DNA of 64,000 nt from Eledone cirrhosa (Eukaryota): NCBI GenBank assembly GCA_964016885.1, contig OZ024741.1, positions 214,954,001-215,018,000 of the forward strand, given 5' to 3'. The position numbers and the translations under genes were made by a program. Of the stretch, positions 13,374 through 24,272 are shown piece after piece; the first letter of the stretch is position 1; every line of letters starts with the position of its first letter. The notes beneath the pieces are model-generated. The model was not told the origin of the DNA and did not search any database. It saw only the letters and a list, made by a program, of their open reading frames with translations.

Positions 13374-14384
13374 TTTGTATATATATATATATATATACAT
13401 ACATATATATATATATATCCTGTAGATATATAGGCTTGGCAACTTGTTGGTACAAGACGTGAATTGTCGTCTCTCCAGATTTGAAATTTTAATATTTTAA
13501 ATCGACAGTAATCGGATTTATGTATGGTTTTAATTTTTCAGAGGTCAAGGAAAACATACAAAAAAAGATAAGTTTTTGTGCTTTGACGCAATTATTTTGA
13601 AGTATATTTTACATATATTACCGTTTTGAACATGTTTATTTTCACTGTGTGATACCTTCATAGGAGACAACACACACACGTGCTTTCTATTTTTCTTGAC
13701 TACCATACAGAGCATACGTAATCTAATTTTAGTTTAACTTAAACAGATCTTGTATTATTATTTTGATTTTTCTGAGTAACATAATTTAATTTAATATAAT
13801 CTTGTTTAATTTGGTATAATCTTATCTGTATTTGACTCGATTTTGTTGTTTCTTGTTTAATATGTTGATATTACAATAACTTCGTATATTTGTAAACAAA
13901 CATTTACATTCAACTTATATACAACTTACATCGTGTTTCTATATCTCTATGATTCCGGTTTCTTCCATTCATTAATTTAATTTAAAATTTATTTTTATAT
14001 TTATGAACTGCTATTGCTCACGCTGGCTCTATCTCTCTCCTTCCTTCCTCTCTCTCTCTCCCTCTCTCTCTCTCTAGATCAACGAGCTCTCTCTCTCCCT
14101 CTCCCTCTCTCTAAATCAACGAGCTCTCTCTCTTCCTATCTCTCTCTCTCTATCTCCTCTCTCTCCCTCTGACCCCCCCCCCCCCCCACTCTTCCCGCTA
14201 TCTCTCTCGCTCCCCTCTTCTGTCTCCCCCTTTTCTTTTCTTTTCTTCTGTTTCTCTTTCTTTTTCTCGCTGGAGTTATATTTATCTCACTGGAGTTATA
14301 TCTCTATCTCCCTCCCTCCCTCTGTCCCTCTCTAACCTCTACCCTACACTTCCCACTGTCTCTCTTTCTCCCCTCCACAGCGAA

Positions 14385-15332
14385 ATGGACTGCATGCAGG
14401 AAAAAGGTGAAATCAGGAGTCAACGAAACTGGTCAAAGATGGAACTAGCGGTTTTGATCAAGGGGTGGACCATGGCTGATGGGTCTCCACCAAGCAAAAA
14501 GATGGCGGAGAACCTGAAGAGCCATGGGTTTCTGAGGACCCTGGCACAGATAGAGAGAAAGAGAAAAGAAATTGAGAAGGCGTATGTCCTCATAGCGCCA
14601 CATATGGCGATGCTAAGCCGTGTCCTCAGGGAGGAGAAAACCGAAGGGTAGGATGAGGATAAGGAGAGGGAAAAGGAAGAGGAAAAAGAAAAAGAAAAGG
14701 AGGAGAGCACAAGCACGGACCTGAAAGAAAATGATATACCCTCCGCCACAGGCAGGGAGGGCAGGCCGGGCAACCAACAAGCTAAGGGCAAAGGTGAAAA
14801 GCGAAATCACCTTCCGAAGGAGAACCAAGCGCAGAGGGACCAGTGGACAACTGTTCAAAGGAAGAACAGAAAGCACCGAGACACTGGGAGCAAAAAACCC
14901 CAAGTAATGTGCAAGTTTTTCAAGAACGGGACATGCTGGCATGGAGAGACAGGGATGGAATGCAGGTTCGCCCACCCTAGGTCTCAAACGAACTATGCCC
15001 ATCATACTCGCGCAACATGCCCCAGCCTAAGCCGAAATAAGCCGCTCCAGAAGTATGCTGATGTCGCGCGTGCTGCACCAACAAGGAGAAGGCACGCACA
15101 TGCCGACGAGATACAGATGGCAGCAGCAGATCAGAAACATTTTTTAGTGATGGCAGAGAAGATTGTGGGACAGCTGACCTGGCTGCATCGTCTCCAGAGC
15201 CAGGGTCATCCACACCAGCACTCGAGACCACCGCAGTTAAGGGACCCAGAGTGGCCGCCGCTGACACCAGACCAGGTGTCATACCGACAGCCATTACTGG
15301 CACCCCAAAAGTCACACCAGTGCTGCTGCTGA
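14385..15332 (+). pseudogene. LINE ORF1 (Myb/SANT-like + CCCH zinc finger), single internal stop
   Basis: ORFs 14385-14651 and 14907-15332 share a frame and read through apart from TAG 14649-14651. Motifs WSKMELAVLIKGW...RTLAQIERKRKEI and CKFFKNGTCWHGETGMECRFAH. Confidence 0.75.
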
Positions 15333-18284
15333 ATGTCAGGGGCCTTGTGAAACTCAGCAACATGAGTAAAATTTCCTACCTGGAAGACTTAGCCATAAGC
15401 AATCAAGCACTATGCATGGCACTAACCGAAACGCACCTGACAAGCAGTATAGCAGATGCAGAAATACATATACCGAAATATACGGTATTTCGTTCGGACA
15501 GGAAGGAGAGAACTCATGGTGGGGTTGCTCTGTATATCCGTGAAGATGTCACACCAATTGTACTGTTGACACATTCAAACTCAGTCTGTGACACACTGAT
15601 AATACATATGAAGCAACTACAGACAGTAATATGTGTCACATATCGGCCGCCCGATGCCCCCAGTCATGAGGGTAAATTTGAGGATAGCCTAAGTAGGATA
15701 GAAGAGGTCCTTGACAAACTGGACCAGGGTCTCAACATCCTACTGCTGTGAGACTTCAACCTACCAAAGGTCAAATGGCCTGAGGGCCACCTCCTCCTTG
15801 GAATGACGTCAATAGAACAGAGACAGACGGAATCCCTGCTGGCCCTCACACACAGGCTGTTCATGGAGCAAGCAATACTCCTCACAACAAGAGGCGAAAA
15901 TGTCCTGGACCTCTGTTTTACAAACAACGAAGTGCTCATCCACAATGTAAAGGTGACACCAACAATTCTCTCGGATCATAACTTAGTTGAGCTAATGATA
16001 TGTGGTCCAAGAGAACCAACAGAGACAAAACCACCAAGAAGCTCCGGGACGCTATCCAACCTTAACTTCTACAAGGCTAACTGGAAAAAGATTAAGAGTG
16101 AAATCCGGAAGCAAACATGGAGTGAAAACATCGCCAAACAAGACACTAACACACAATTTCAACACTTCATGACAACGATACACACCATATGCAAAAAGTG
16201 TGTCCCGGAGAAAGAGGCAAACAGACACAAAAATCTTATTCCCAGAGATAGGAAAATCCTTATGAGACGTAGAACTAAACTCTCAAACCAGTTGAATAGT
16301 CAACAAAACAAAAACAAGAAGGAATCCTATTTGAAACGTGCACTACTTGACACCGAGATTGCACTCAAACTTTCACATGAGAATGAGAGGGCAAAGAAAG
16401 AGAACAGGGCCATAGAAAACATTAAAACAAACCCTAAGGCCTTCTTTAAATTTGCAAAAGAAACTGCCTCAGTACACTGCAAGATTGGGCTACTCTTCCA
16501 CACGGACGGTTCATTATCCGAAAATCCCCAAGAGATATGTGAAATACTGAACGAACAGTACAAAAGTGTCTTCACATGTCCACTGAGGCACATGCAAATA
16601 ACGAAGCCAGAGGAGTTCTTTGATGCCACAACACTACATCAAGAAATGGCAACCATCAACCACATAGACATAACGGAGGAGGATGTGGTGTACGCCATTG
16701 ATGAAATTAGAACAGACTCGGCTGCTAGACCTGATGGATTCCCAGCAGTTCTCCTAAAAATATGTAAGCGGGCCTTAGCAACTCCACTGAAGATGCTCTT
16801 CAGAAGTTCCTTGGCTAGCGGTGAACTACCCAGGGAGCTGAAAGAAGGCACAATATGCCCTATCCATAAAGGAGGTAGTAGAGCGGAGGCCAAGAACTAT
16901 AGGCCAGTCTCCCTGACGTCGCATATCAGTAAGGTCATGGAGCGAGTCGTCAGAAAGAAACTAATCACTTTCCTCGAAGAAAATGACCGCCTGACTAGCA
17001 CGCAACATGGCTTCCGCCCAGGAAGAAGCTGCCTTACACAGCTGCTACATCACTACGACTGGGTACTGAGACAACTACTAGACAGCTCACATGTGGACGT
17101 GATATATCTTGACTTTGCGAAGGCCTTTGACAAGGTCGACCACGGAATGATATGTCAAACTACACGGACTCGGCATAACTGGAAAAGTAGGTGAGTGGCT
17201 GCATGGCTTCCTAAGGGACAGAAGCCAGGCAGTCGCAGCAAATGGGGCCCTCTCGAGGGAAACACCGATAACAAGTGGGGTGCCCCAGGGGACAGTCCTG
17301 GGACCACTACTGTTTTTGGTGGCTCTCTCGGACATGCCCTCTGTGGTGCATGCAACAACATCCCTCACTAGCTATGCTGATGACATTAAGGTAGCACAGG
17401 CAATCAAAAACCCGGCTGACGCTGCCCTTTTACAGCAGGATCTGGATGCCATATACAGATGGGCGGAAGAAAACAACATGCAGTTTAATGCTGGCAAATT
17501 CCAAGCCCTACAATACAAACCTGCAAACACAAATATAGTGGAACACAGCTACACAGGACCAGGAGGGACCGATATCCCCGTGTCAAAATCGATACGAGAC
17601 CTGGGCATAGACATGAGCGATGATGCATCTTTTTCTTCACACATCATGAAGGTGGCGACAACATGTAGACGATTCGCTGGCTGGATCTTGAGGACTTTCC
17701 TTACAAGAGATCGAGACACCATGTTGACACTGTGGAGGACTTTTGTCCTAAGCCGCCTGGACTACTACTCCCAGCTGTGGTCACCCCATAGTGTCAAACT
17801 AACCACGGAGCTTGAGGCAATCCAGCGAAGCTACACCAAGAGGATTGCCAAGATGAGGGAGACAAGCTACTGGGAGAGGCTAAAGGAACTGAACCTCTAC
17901 TCCTTGGAGCGAAGACGGGAGAGATACGCAGTGATCTACATGTGGAAAATCCTGGAGGGACTAGCACCAAACTTTGGCATTGGGAGCTGGACCAACCGTC
18001 GAACAGGACGTCACTGTGTTGTGCCAAAGGTCCCGTCTTCCACATCTAGAATAAGGAGCAGGTATTGCAATAGCCTGGGATTCAAGGGCCCTCAACTCAT
18101 CAACAGGCTGCCGAGGCATCTGAGAGACTTGCATGACGTGGAGGTGGATGTCTTTAAGAAACATCTCGACACCTTGTTATCCAGGATCCCGGATGAGCCC
18201 ACAGCAAGACACGAGGGAAACCTAAGGGCAGCAGCAACAAACTCCCTCCTACACCAGTGGCCAACCTATACAGGCTGGAGATAA
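15251..18284 (+). pseudogene. LINE ORF2: APE endonuclease + reverse transcriptase
   Basis: Motifs LNVRGL, LTETHL, YRPP, LLL*DFN (stop at 15749), SDHN, NYRPVSLTS, QHGFRPGRSC, YLDFAKAFDKVDH, PQGTVLGP, YADD; frameshift near 17160. Confidence 0.93.
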
Positions 18285-18915
18285 AATGTGTAGCAACAAG
18301 GGCGGTGCCCCAGCATGGCCTCAGCCGGATGGCTGAAACAGATAAACGAGTAAAAGAGTAAAAGAGTATATCCACATAACGAAACTACACCACACAATCA
18401 GTCTTAATATTTATACTAAACCAGTCATGGGTAATCACTTCTATGCCGGATAATCCGCAAACATACACACACAGTTGTCACTTGCAATCGTTTGTGAACA
18501 GATCGACATCGAACGAACTTTACTGAACTGGGATAATCCGGCAAAAAGAAATCTTCTTCAAAACCAGATCTCATAGCTTAAGCTATTCGACCGACGAAAA
18601 CATGGCACCAGCCAAGCTATGGCTAACTACACGGTACGGCAGATTGCCTGATCACAGTGTACTTTATCATAACATAACTCCCATAACTACCAGAACGATA
18701 CAGTACTATACGGTACGCAATGGTACGTCATGGCACGCCATGTCACGCAATGCTACACATGGAAACGACTTGCTAGAAATAACAGCCAAATCTCCCTCAG
18801 ATATCACTTCTCAAATATATGTACATGCATATATGCATGTATGCATGTATGTATGTATGTATGTGTTTGTGTATCTATGTTAGAATGTATGTATGTATGT
18901 ATGTATGTATATATG

Positions 18916-19331
18916 TCATCTCTCCCGGTGATTTTGGATGACCATTCTCAAGGCAGAATTCTAGGAGAAGGAAAACTCTGATATAACACCTGCAACCCTG
19001 ATGATATCCAATGATGTTGACTTGTTCTTCTTTTTGGTAAATATCATCTTGGTTAAGAGAGTGGGACTGGCTTTGTGCAGTGCCTTTGCTCACTATAAAA
19101 GCTTCACGGCACAGGCATTGCTTTATATCTGGAGATCTCTCTGCACTTGTTGTCACATGGTACCATGGGCCTAGCACTATGTGTCAATAATTGTCACAAG
19201 TGCAGTGTTTGTACCAGAGTTTTCAAGTCGCTGGCTGGACTAAAACGTCACACTTGTTCAGCGCATCGGTAGGGGTTCTCCTACATGGATATAAAGTAGT
19301 GGCCGTACTCGAAAACGAGTTGGCAGCCACC
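18916..19331 (+). mobile_element. Non-coding RTE-like interspersed repeat, 5'-truncated and inverted copy
   Basis: Highly similar to 47997-48379; contains ctaggagaaggaaaactc, reminiscent of RTE 5' UTRs; embedded in (TATG)n. Confidence 0.55.
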
Positions 19332-19449
19332 ATGTATATATGTATGTATATGTGTATATGTGTATGTATGTACGACAGGCTTCCACACAGTTTCTGTCTC
19401 CAAATTTCACTCAAAAGTTTGGTCAACTCAAGGTTATATTGACTTCTGC

Positions 19450-19675
19450 TTTAGACACAAGGCCAACAATTTGTGTTTGTGTGTGTGTGGGGGGGGGGGG
19501 CTGATTCAATTATATCGACCCCAGAGCGTTACTGGTACTTTATTTTATGGACCCCATATGTATGAAAGGCAAAGCTAAACTCGGTGGTATTTGAACTCAT
19601 GACGTAAAGAGCCATAACTATATGCCGCAAAGTATGTTTTTCGACGCTCTACCGATACTGCCAATCAACCACCCT
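19450..19675 (-). mobile_element. tRNA-derived SINE with Nin/Deu-like central domain
   Basis: Minus strand: tggcagtatcggtaga (A box), gagttcaaat (B box), ctttgcctttcat...aaaataaagtaccag. Confidence 0.75.
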
Positions 19676-19759
19676 CACCCTAATCTATAATCGTTTGTAC
19701 TTTTGGCACAAGGCCAGCAATTAACCAGTGTATTACTGGTACTTTATTTTATAATAGAC

Positions 19760-21625
19760 ACAGAAGACACTTGGCCTTAATACTCTAGGACTGAAGACTC
19801 GACGTCCATAACCACGTTGTTGCGAAGCAAAGACCCTAATCACTCAATTATGCCTCCGCCTGTAAGAGAAGACACTTGTCCAAGGTGCCATACAGAGGCA
19901 CAGTAGACTCGAACCCAGTGAAAAAGTGGTCCGAAGCAAACTCGCGAACAACACAAATGTGTCTGCGCCTGTAAAAGAAGACACTTGGCCAAGGTTCCAC
20001 ACAATGGGACTGAATATTCAACACCTGCAACCACGTGGTTCTGAAGCAAACTCCCTAACCTCACAATCAAGATTGCGCCTATAAGAGAAGGCACTTGGCA
20101 CTTTATTGACACCGTAAAGATAAAAGGTAAAGCTAACTTAGGACGGATGTGAACTCAGAACGTAACTATATGCCTTAAAACATGTCCGATACTCTACCAA
20201 TACTGCCAATCCAAATAGAAACTGTTTCTAGTAATGAGAAGTTGGAGAGAGCAGAAAAACACCAATGAGTTGTTAAAGTCACATGATAAAGTTTGTAAAC
20301 ATAAAACATACAACGATCAGAGTGAACAATGACACCTCTAACCCACGTGGTTCTGAAGCAAACTCCCTAACCACAAAATGAAGCTTGCCCTTGTAATAGA
20401 GAGAAGACACTTGTCCAAGGAGCCACACAGTAAGACTGAACATTCGACGCCCGTAATACCGTGTTTACAAAGAAAACTCCCTAACCACACAACCATGCCT
20501 GCGCCTGTAATAGAGAGAAGAAACTTGTCCAAGATGCCACACAGTCAGAGTGAACAATGACACCTGCACCCATGTGGTTCTGAAGAAAAATCCCTAACCA
20601 CACAACGATCCCTGCGCCTCTAAGAGAAGACACTTGTCCAATGTGCCAGACAGTTGCAGTGAACACTAGCAAAAAGTAACCACGTGGTTCTGAAGAAAAT
20701 TCCCTAACCACCCAATCAAGCTTGCGCCTGTAAAAGAAGACACTTGCCGAGGGTGCCAGACAATGAGACTGAATATTCAACACCTGTAACCACGTGGTTC
20801 TGAAGCAAACTCCCTAACCTCGCAATCAAGATTGCGCCTGTAATAGAGAGAAGACACCTGTCCAAGGTACCACAGTCAGAGTGAACAACGACACCTGTAC
20901 CTACGTGGTTCTGAAGAAAATTCCCTAAACATACAATCAAGCTTGCACCTGTAAGAAATGACACCTGTCCAAGGTGCCACACAGAGAGACTGATCATTCG
21001 ACGCCCGTAACATCATGTTTACGAAGAAAACTCCCGAACCACACAATCAAGCTTGCCCCTGTAATAGAGAGAAGACACTTGTCCAAGGTACCGCAGTCAG
21101 AGTGAACAATGACGCCTGTTCCGACGTGGTTCTGAAAAAAATTCCCTAACCTCGCAATCAAGCTTGCCCCTGTAATAGAGAGAAGACACCTGTCCAAGGT
21201 ACCACAGTCAGAGTGAACAACGACACCTCTAGCCACGAGATTCTGAAACGAACTCCCTAACCACACAATCAAGCTTTCCCCTGTAGTAGAGAGAAGACAC
21301 TTATCCAAAGTGCCACACAGTCAGACTGAGCATTCAACGCCCGTAACATCGTATTTACCAAGAAAACTTCCCAACAACACAAACATGCCTGCGCCTGTAA
21401 TAGAGAGAAGACACTTGTCCAAGGTCCCACCCATAACCTTGTCTTTACAAAGCTAACTTCATGACAGCACATCCATGTCATGTCTACGCTTGTGAGTCTT
21501 TCTGCGCCAGTAGTAGAGAGAAGACATTTGTCCAAGGTAACCACACAGAAGGAGTGAACACCTATAATATTGTCTTTACGAAGCTAACTTCATGACGGCA
21601 CAGCCATGTCATGTCTGCGCTTGTG
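19760..21625 (-). repeat. Tandem array of ~14 SINE heads (tRNA-like region + CORE start), ~110-115 bp unit
   Basis: agaagacacttgtccaagg recurs at about 19867, 19976, 20403, 20517, 20626, 20737, 20850, 20957, 21070, 21183, 21293, 21406 and 21520. Confidence 0.8.
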
Positions 21626-22006
21626 ATTCTTTCACACACAGTTCAGAATAAAAATCAATCAAATCATTCATGTTGATTGCTTGAAATTCGATGAGGATCT
21701 GAAATTACTGATGAAATAAACAGTAATGAAGCTATGATGGGCCAATTGAAAACGTTACAGTCGTGTGTCAGTTTCTGTTGATTAAAGTCGTCTCACTTGC
21801 CAACTTTTTCATTGAAGATTATTACGTCGGCATCAGCTACATCATTCATTCCTACCCACCACCACCACCACCACCACCACCACACCTACCCCGGCTTTCT
21901 GTCAGTTGGTCTACCTCACTCTCTTTATCTGTCTACTTGTTTGTCTTCCTGACTGCCTAATTGTCTGTCTGTCTCTTTCACTCTATCTATCTCTCTTTCA
22001 CTCCGT

Positions 22007-22070
<64 letters not shown>

Positions 22071-22356
22071 TTATTTATCTGTCTATCTATTATCTATCTA
22101 TCTATCTATTTATCTGCCTAGCTACTATTATCTATCTAGCTATTTATCTGCCTTACGCGTGGAACATCGCCGGTAAGATTTTTTGTTAATTTCTATGCCA
22201 AAAAACGAACTAATTGTTTGAAAAAACATATAATTTTGTAGATTAACCCCCAAGCTGAATTGTCAGCTTGGTGGTAATCCCATTTTTCGCCCCTTTAGGG
22301 GCGAAAATTTAATTTAAAAATTGTTTTAAAATATCAAATTTTGCCAACTATAAAAC

Positions 22357-24230
22357 ATGAATAGCTCGGAAAGAACGCTAGAGAACATCGACAGAGAGAA
22401 GAGAGGTAGAGAGGCAGATATTAACGTCATATCTGATTCTGCTACTATGGACGTCGCCATAGATACGACTGTCAACAAAGAGAAATAAATATTACCACTT
22501 GAAGATTTTAAAATTTCTACCGTCGAAGCGGAGAAAAATAACAATAACACACAGGAAAACACAGGAATTAAACCTATTAACATATATACACATGAAAAAG
22601 ACAACAACAACAACTCCATAGATACATCTACACATAATGTTTCACCTCGTCAAGAAATTGAGATTTCCAACACCGAGGCTAACAACGATAACAACAACAG
22701 CAACAACAGCAACACCACACAAAAAAATGTCTTTCGCTGAAACAGTGAATAAAAAACAAGATTTTATAAATCTTGACATCTCCAATGCAAGAGATATGCT
22801 CCAGCAAGGGAGAAAATTTATAACTTTCGAAATAACCTCGAAATAAAAGAAGACAGATCGAAGGACAGTGACCTTTAGGACTGTCTCCAACACAACGAGA
22901 AAGCCAATATTTGTTAGTCAAGGAGATATAAAAGCCACCTTCAAGGAGACTAGCAAATATTGACTTTCTCCAACAACGAAAACAGTACGGAAGTGTTTCC
23001 GTACTGTTTAAAAGTGAGGCACTCGCCCAAAAACATTCTGTGACAGCAATGGTGTCAAAAGCATTCACCTTTTTCCCTACGTACATGGGAAAAAGGACAC
23101 AAAAATAAAAAAATAAAAATATACAACCAAACATTAACATCTGGTGGATCTTGGCTGGCTTCGTAGAGTCAGAGACTGATATGATCCTTTCGATACGAAA
23201 GACTATTAGACAAAGGTGGGCGGGTACTGATTTGGAGATTCTGATTCAAATGAGGCCGGAGAGAATCTCCAAAATACCCGAAAAAGTCGTCATCGACGAC
23301 AACAACAAAATAAACATTTCGGTGGAGGGTCGTAAAATTCATTGCTTTCGCTGTGGTATCATAGAACACCTAAAGGCTTCCTGTCCTTCACAAACACACC
23401 ACAACAACATCATTAAAAAAACACTATTACCAACACCAGCACCAAAACAACCACCACCACCACAAGTACATCAACAGACGAAACGAGCAAACACACCAAA
23501 ACAAACAGCCACTCAACTAACAACAACAGAAAAAACACAGACAACACCCCAGAAGAACACATCACCACCCCATCCCACTCCATCAAACACTACCACAAAC
23601 ACACACACCGAAACACCACCACTACACAACATACCTCTACCCCACACTCCTGACGATGATTATTCACCGACAGATGAGGCTGCTTCTCCTACTTTATGTG
23701 AAGAAGAAGAAGAGCCTCGGAAATCTAATAAACAAAAAAGGACACCACAAAACCCCAAAAACTCCAATCACCAACACCAACACACAACCACGACACAAAC
23801 AACACCACAGTCAAACATCCCCCTTCCAGCAAAACCAACACCAACACCACCATAAACACAAGCACCCACCATAAAAAGAAAACTCCCGGACGAACAACAA
23901 ACTAAAACAACACAACAAAAACACAAACACCAATACGCATACATCAACACAAACAACAAGAGTTTGATGGAGGTCATCTCCCAGAACCCCAAAGTGGAGA
24001 CGGAGGGCAAAACTTTCGTCAAAGCAGAATCGTCTCCACACCTTAAACCTATAAGGGTTTCTATGGAGACCTATAATGACCTGAAAATTAAATTTTCACA
24101 GGACGTGGGCAAACCCTGCCAGAAACCCATCAACCGCATCCTATTAAAATGTTTCCCCACCCCACGCAACACCCCATCCAGCACCCAAATGGAGATTGAA
24201 CAACCCGATCTCCAGGAAACGAAAAGGTAA
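22357..24230 (+). pseudogene. Tx1 ORF1 (gag-like, zinc knuckle), disrupted
   Basis: FFPTYMGK, QMRPERISKIPE, VEGRKIHCFRCGIIEHLKASC, then a Pro/Thr-rich tail. Confidence 0.85.
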
Positions 24231-24272
24231 GTGCACCTTTTCGTCCTTTTTCCTCAACTCTTCTTCACCAAC

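Larger units (their letters stand above)
14260..18368 (+). mobile_element. CR1-group non-LTR retrotransposon, near full length (5' boundary approximate)
   Basis: CT-rich 5' region, ORF1, APE-RT ORF2, short 3' UTR and a tandem tail gagtaaaagagtaaaagagta. Confidence 0.8.

Noticed and set aside
19760-21625. Possible tRNA gene cluster
   Set aside because: A/B-box-like motifs run into SINE CORE sequence; I see no complete cloverleaf or poly-T terminator.
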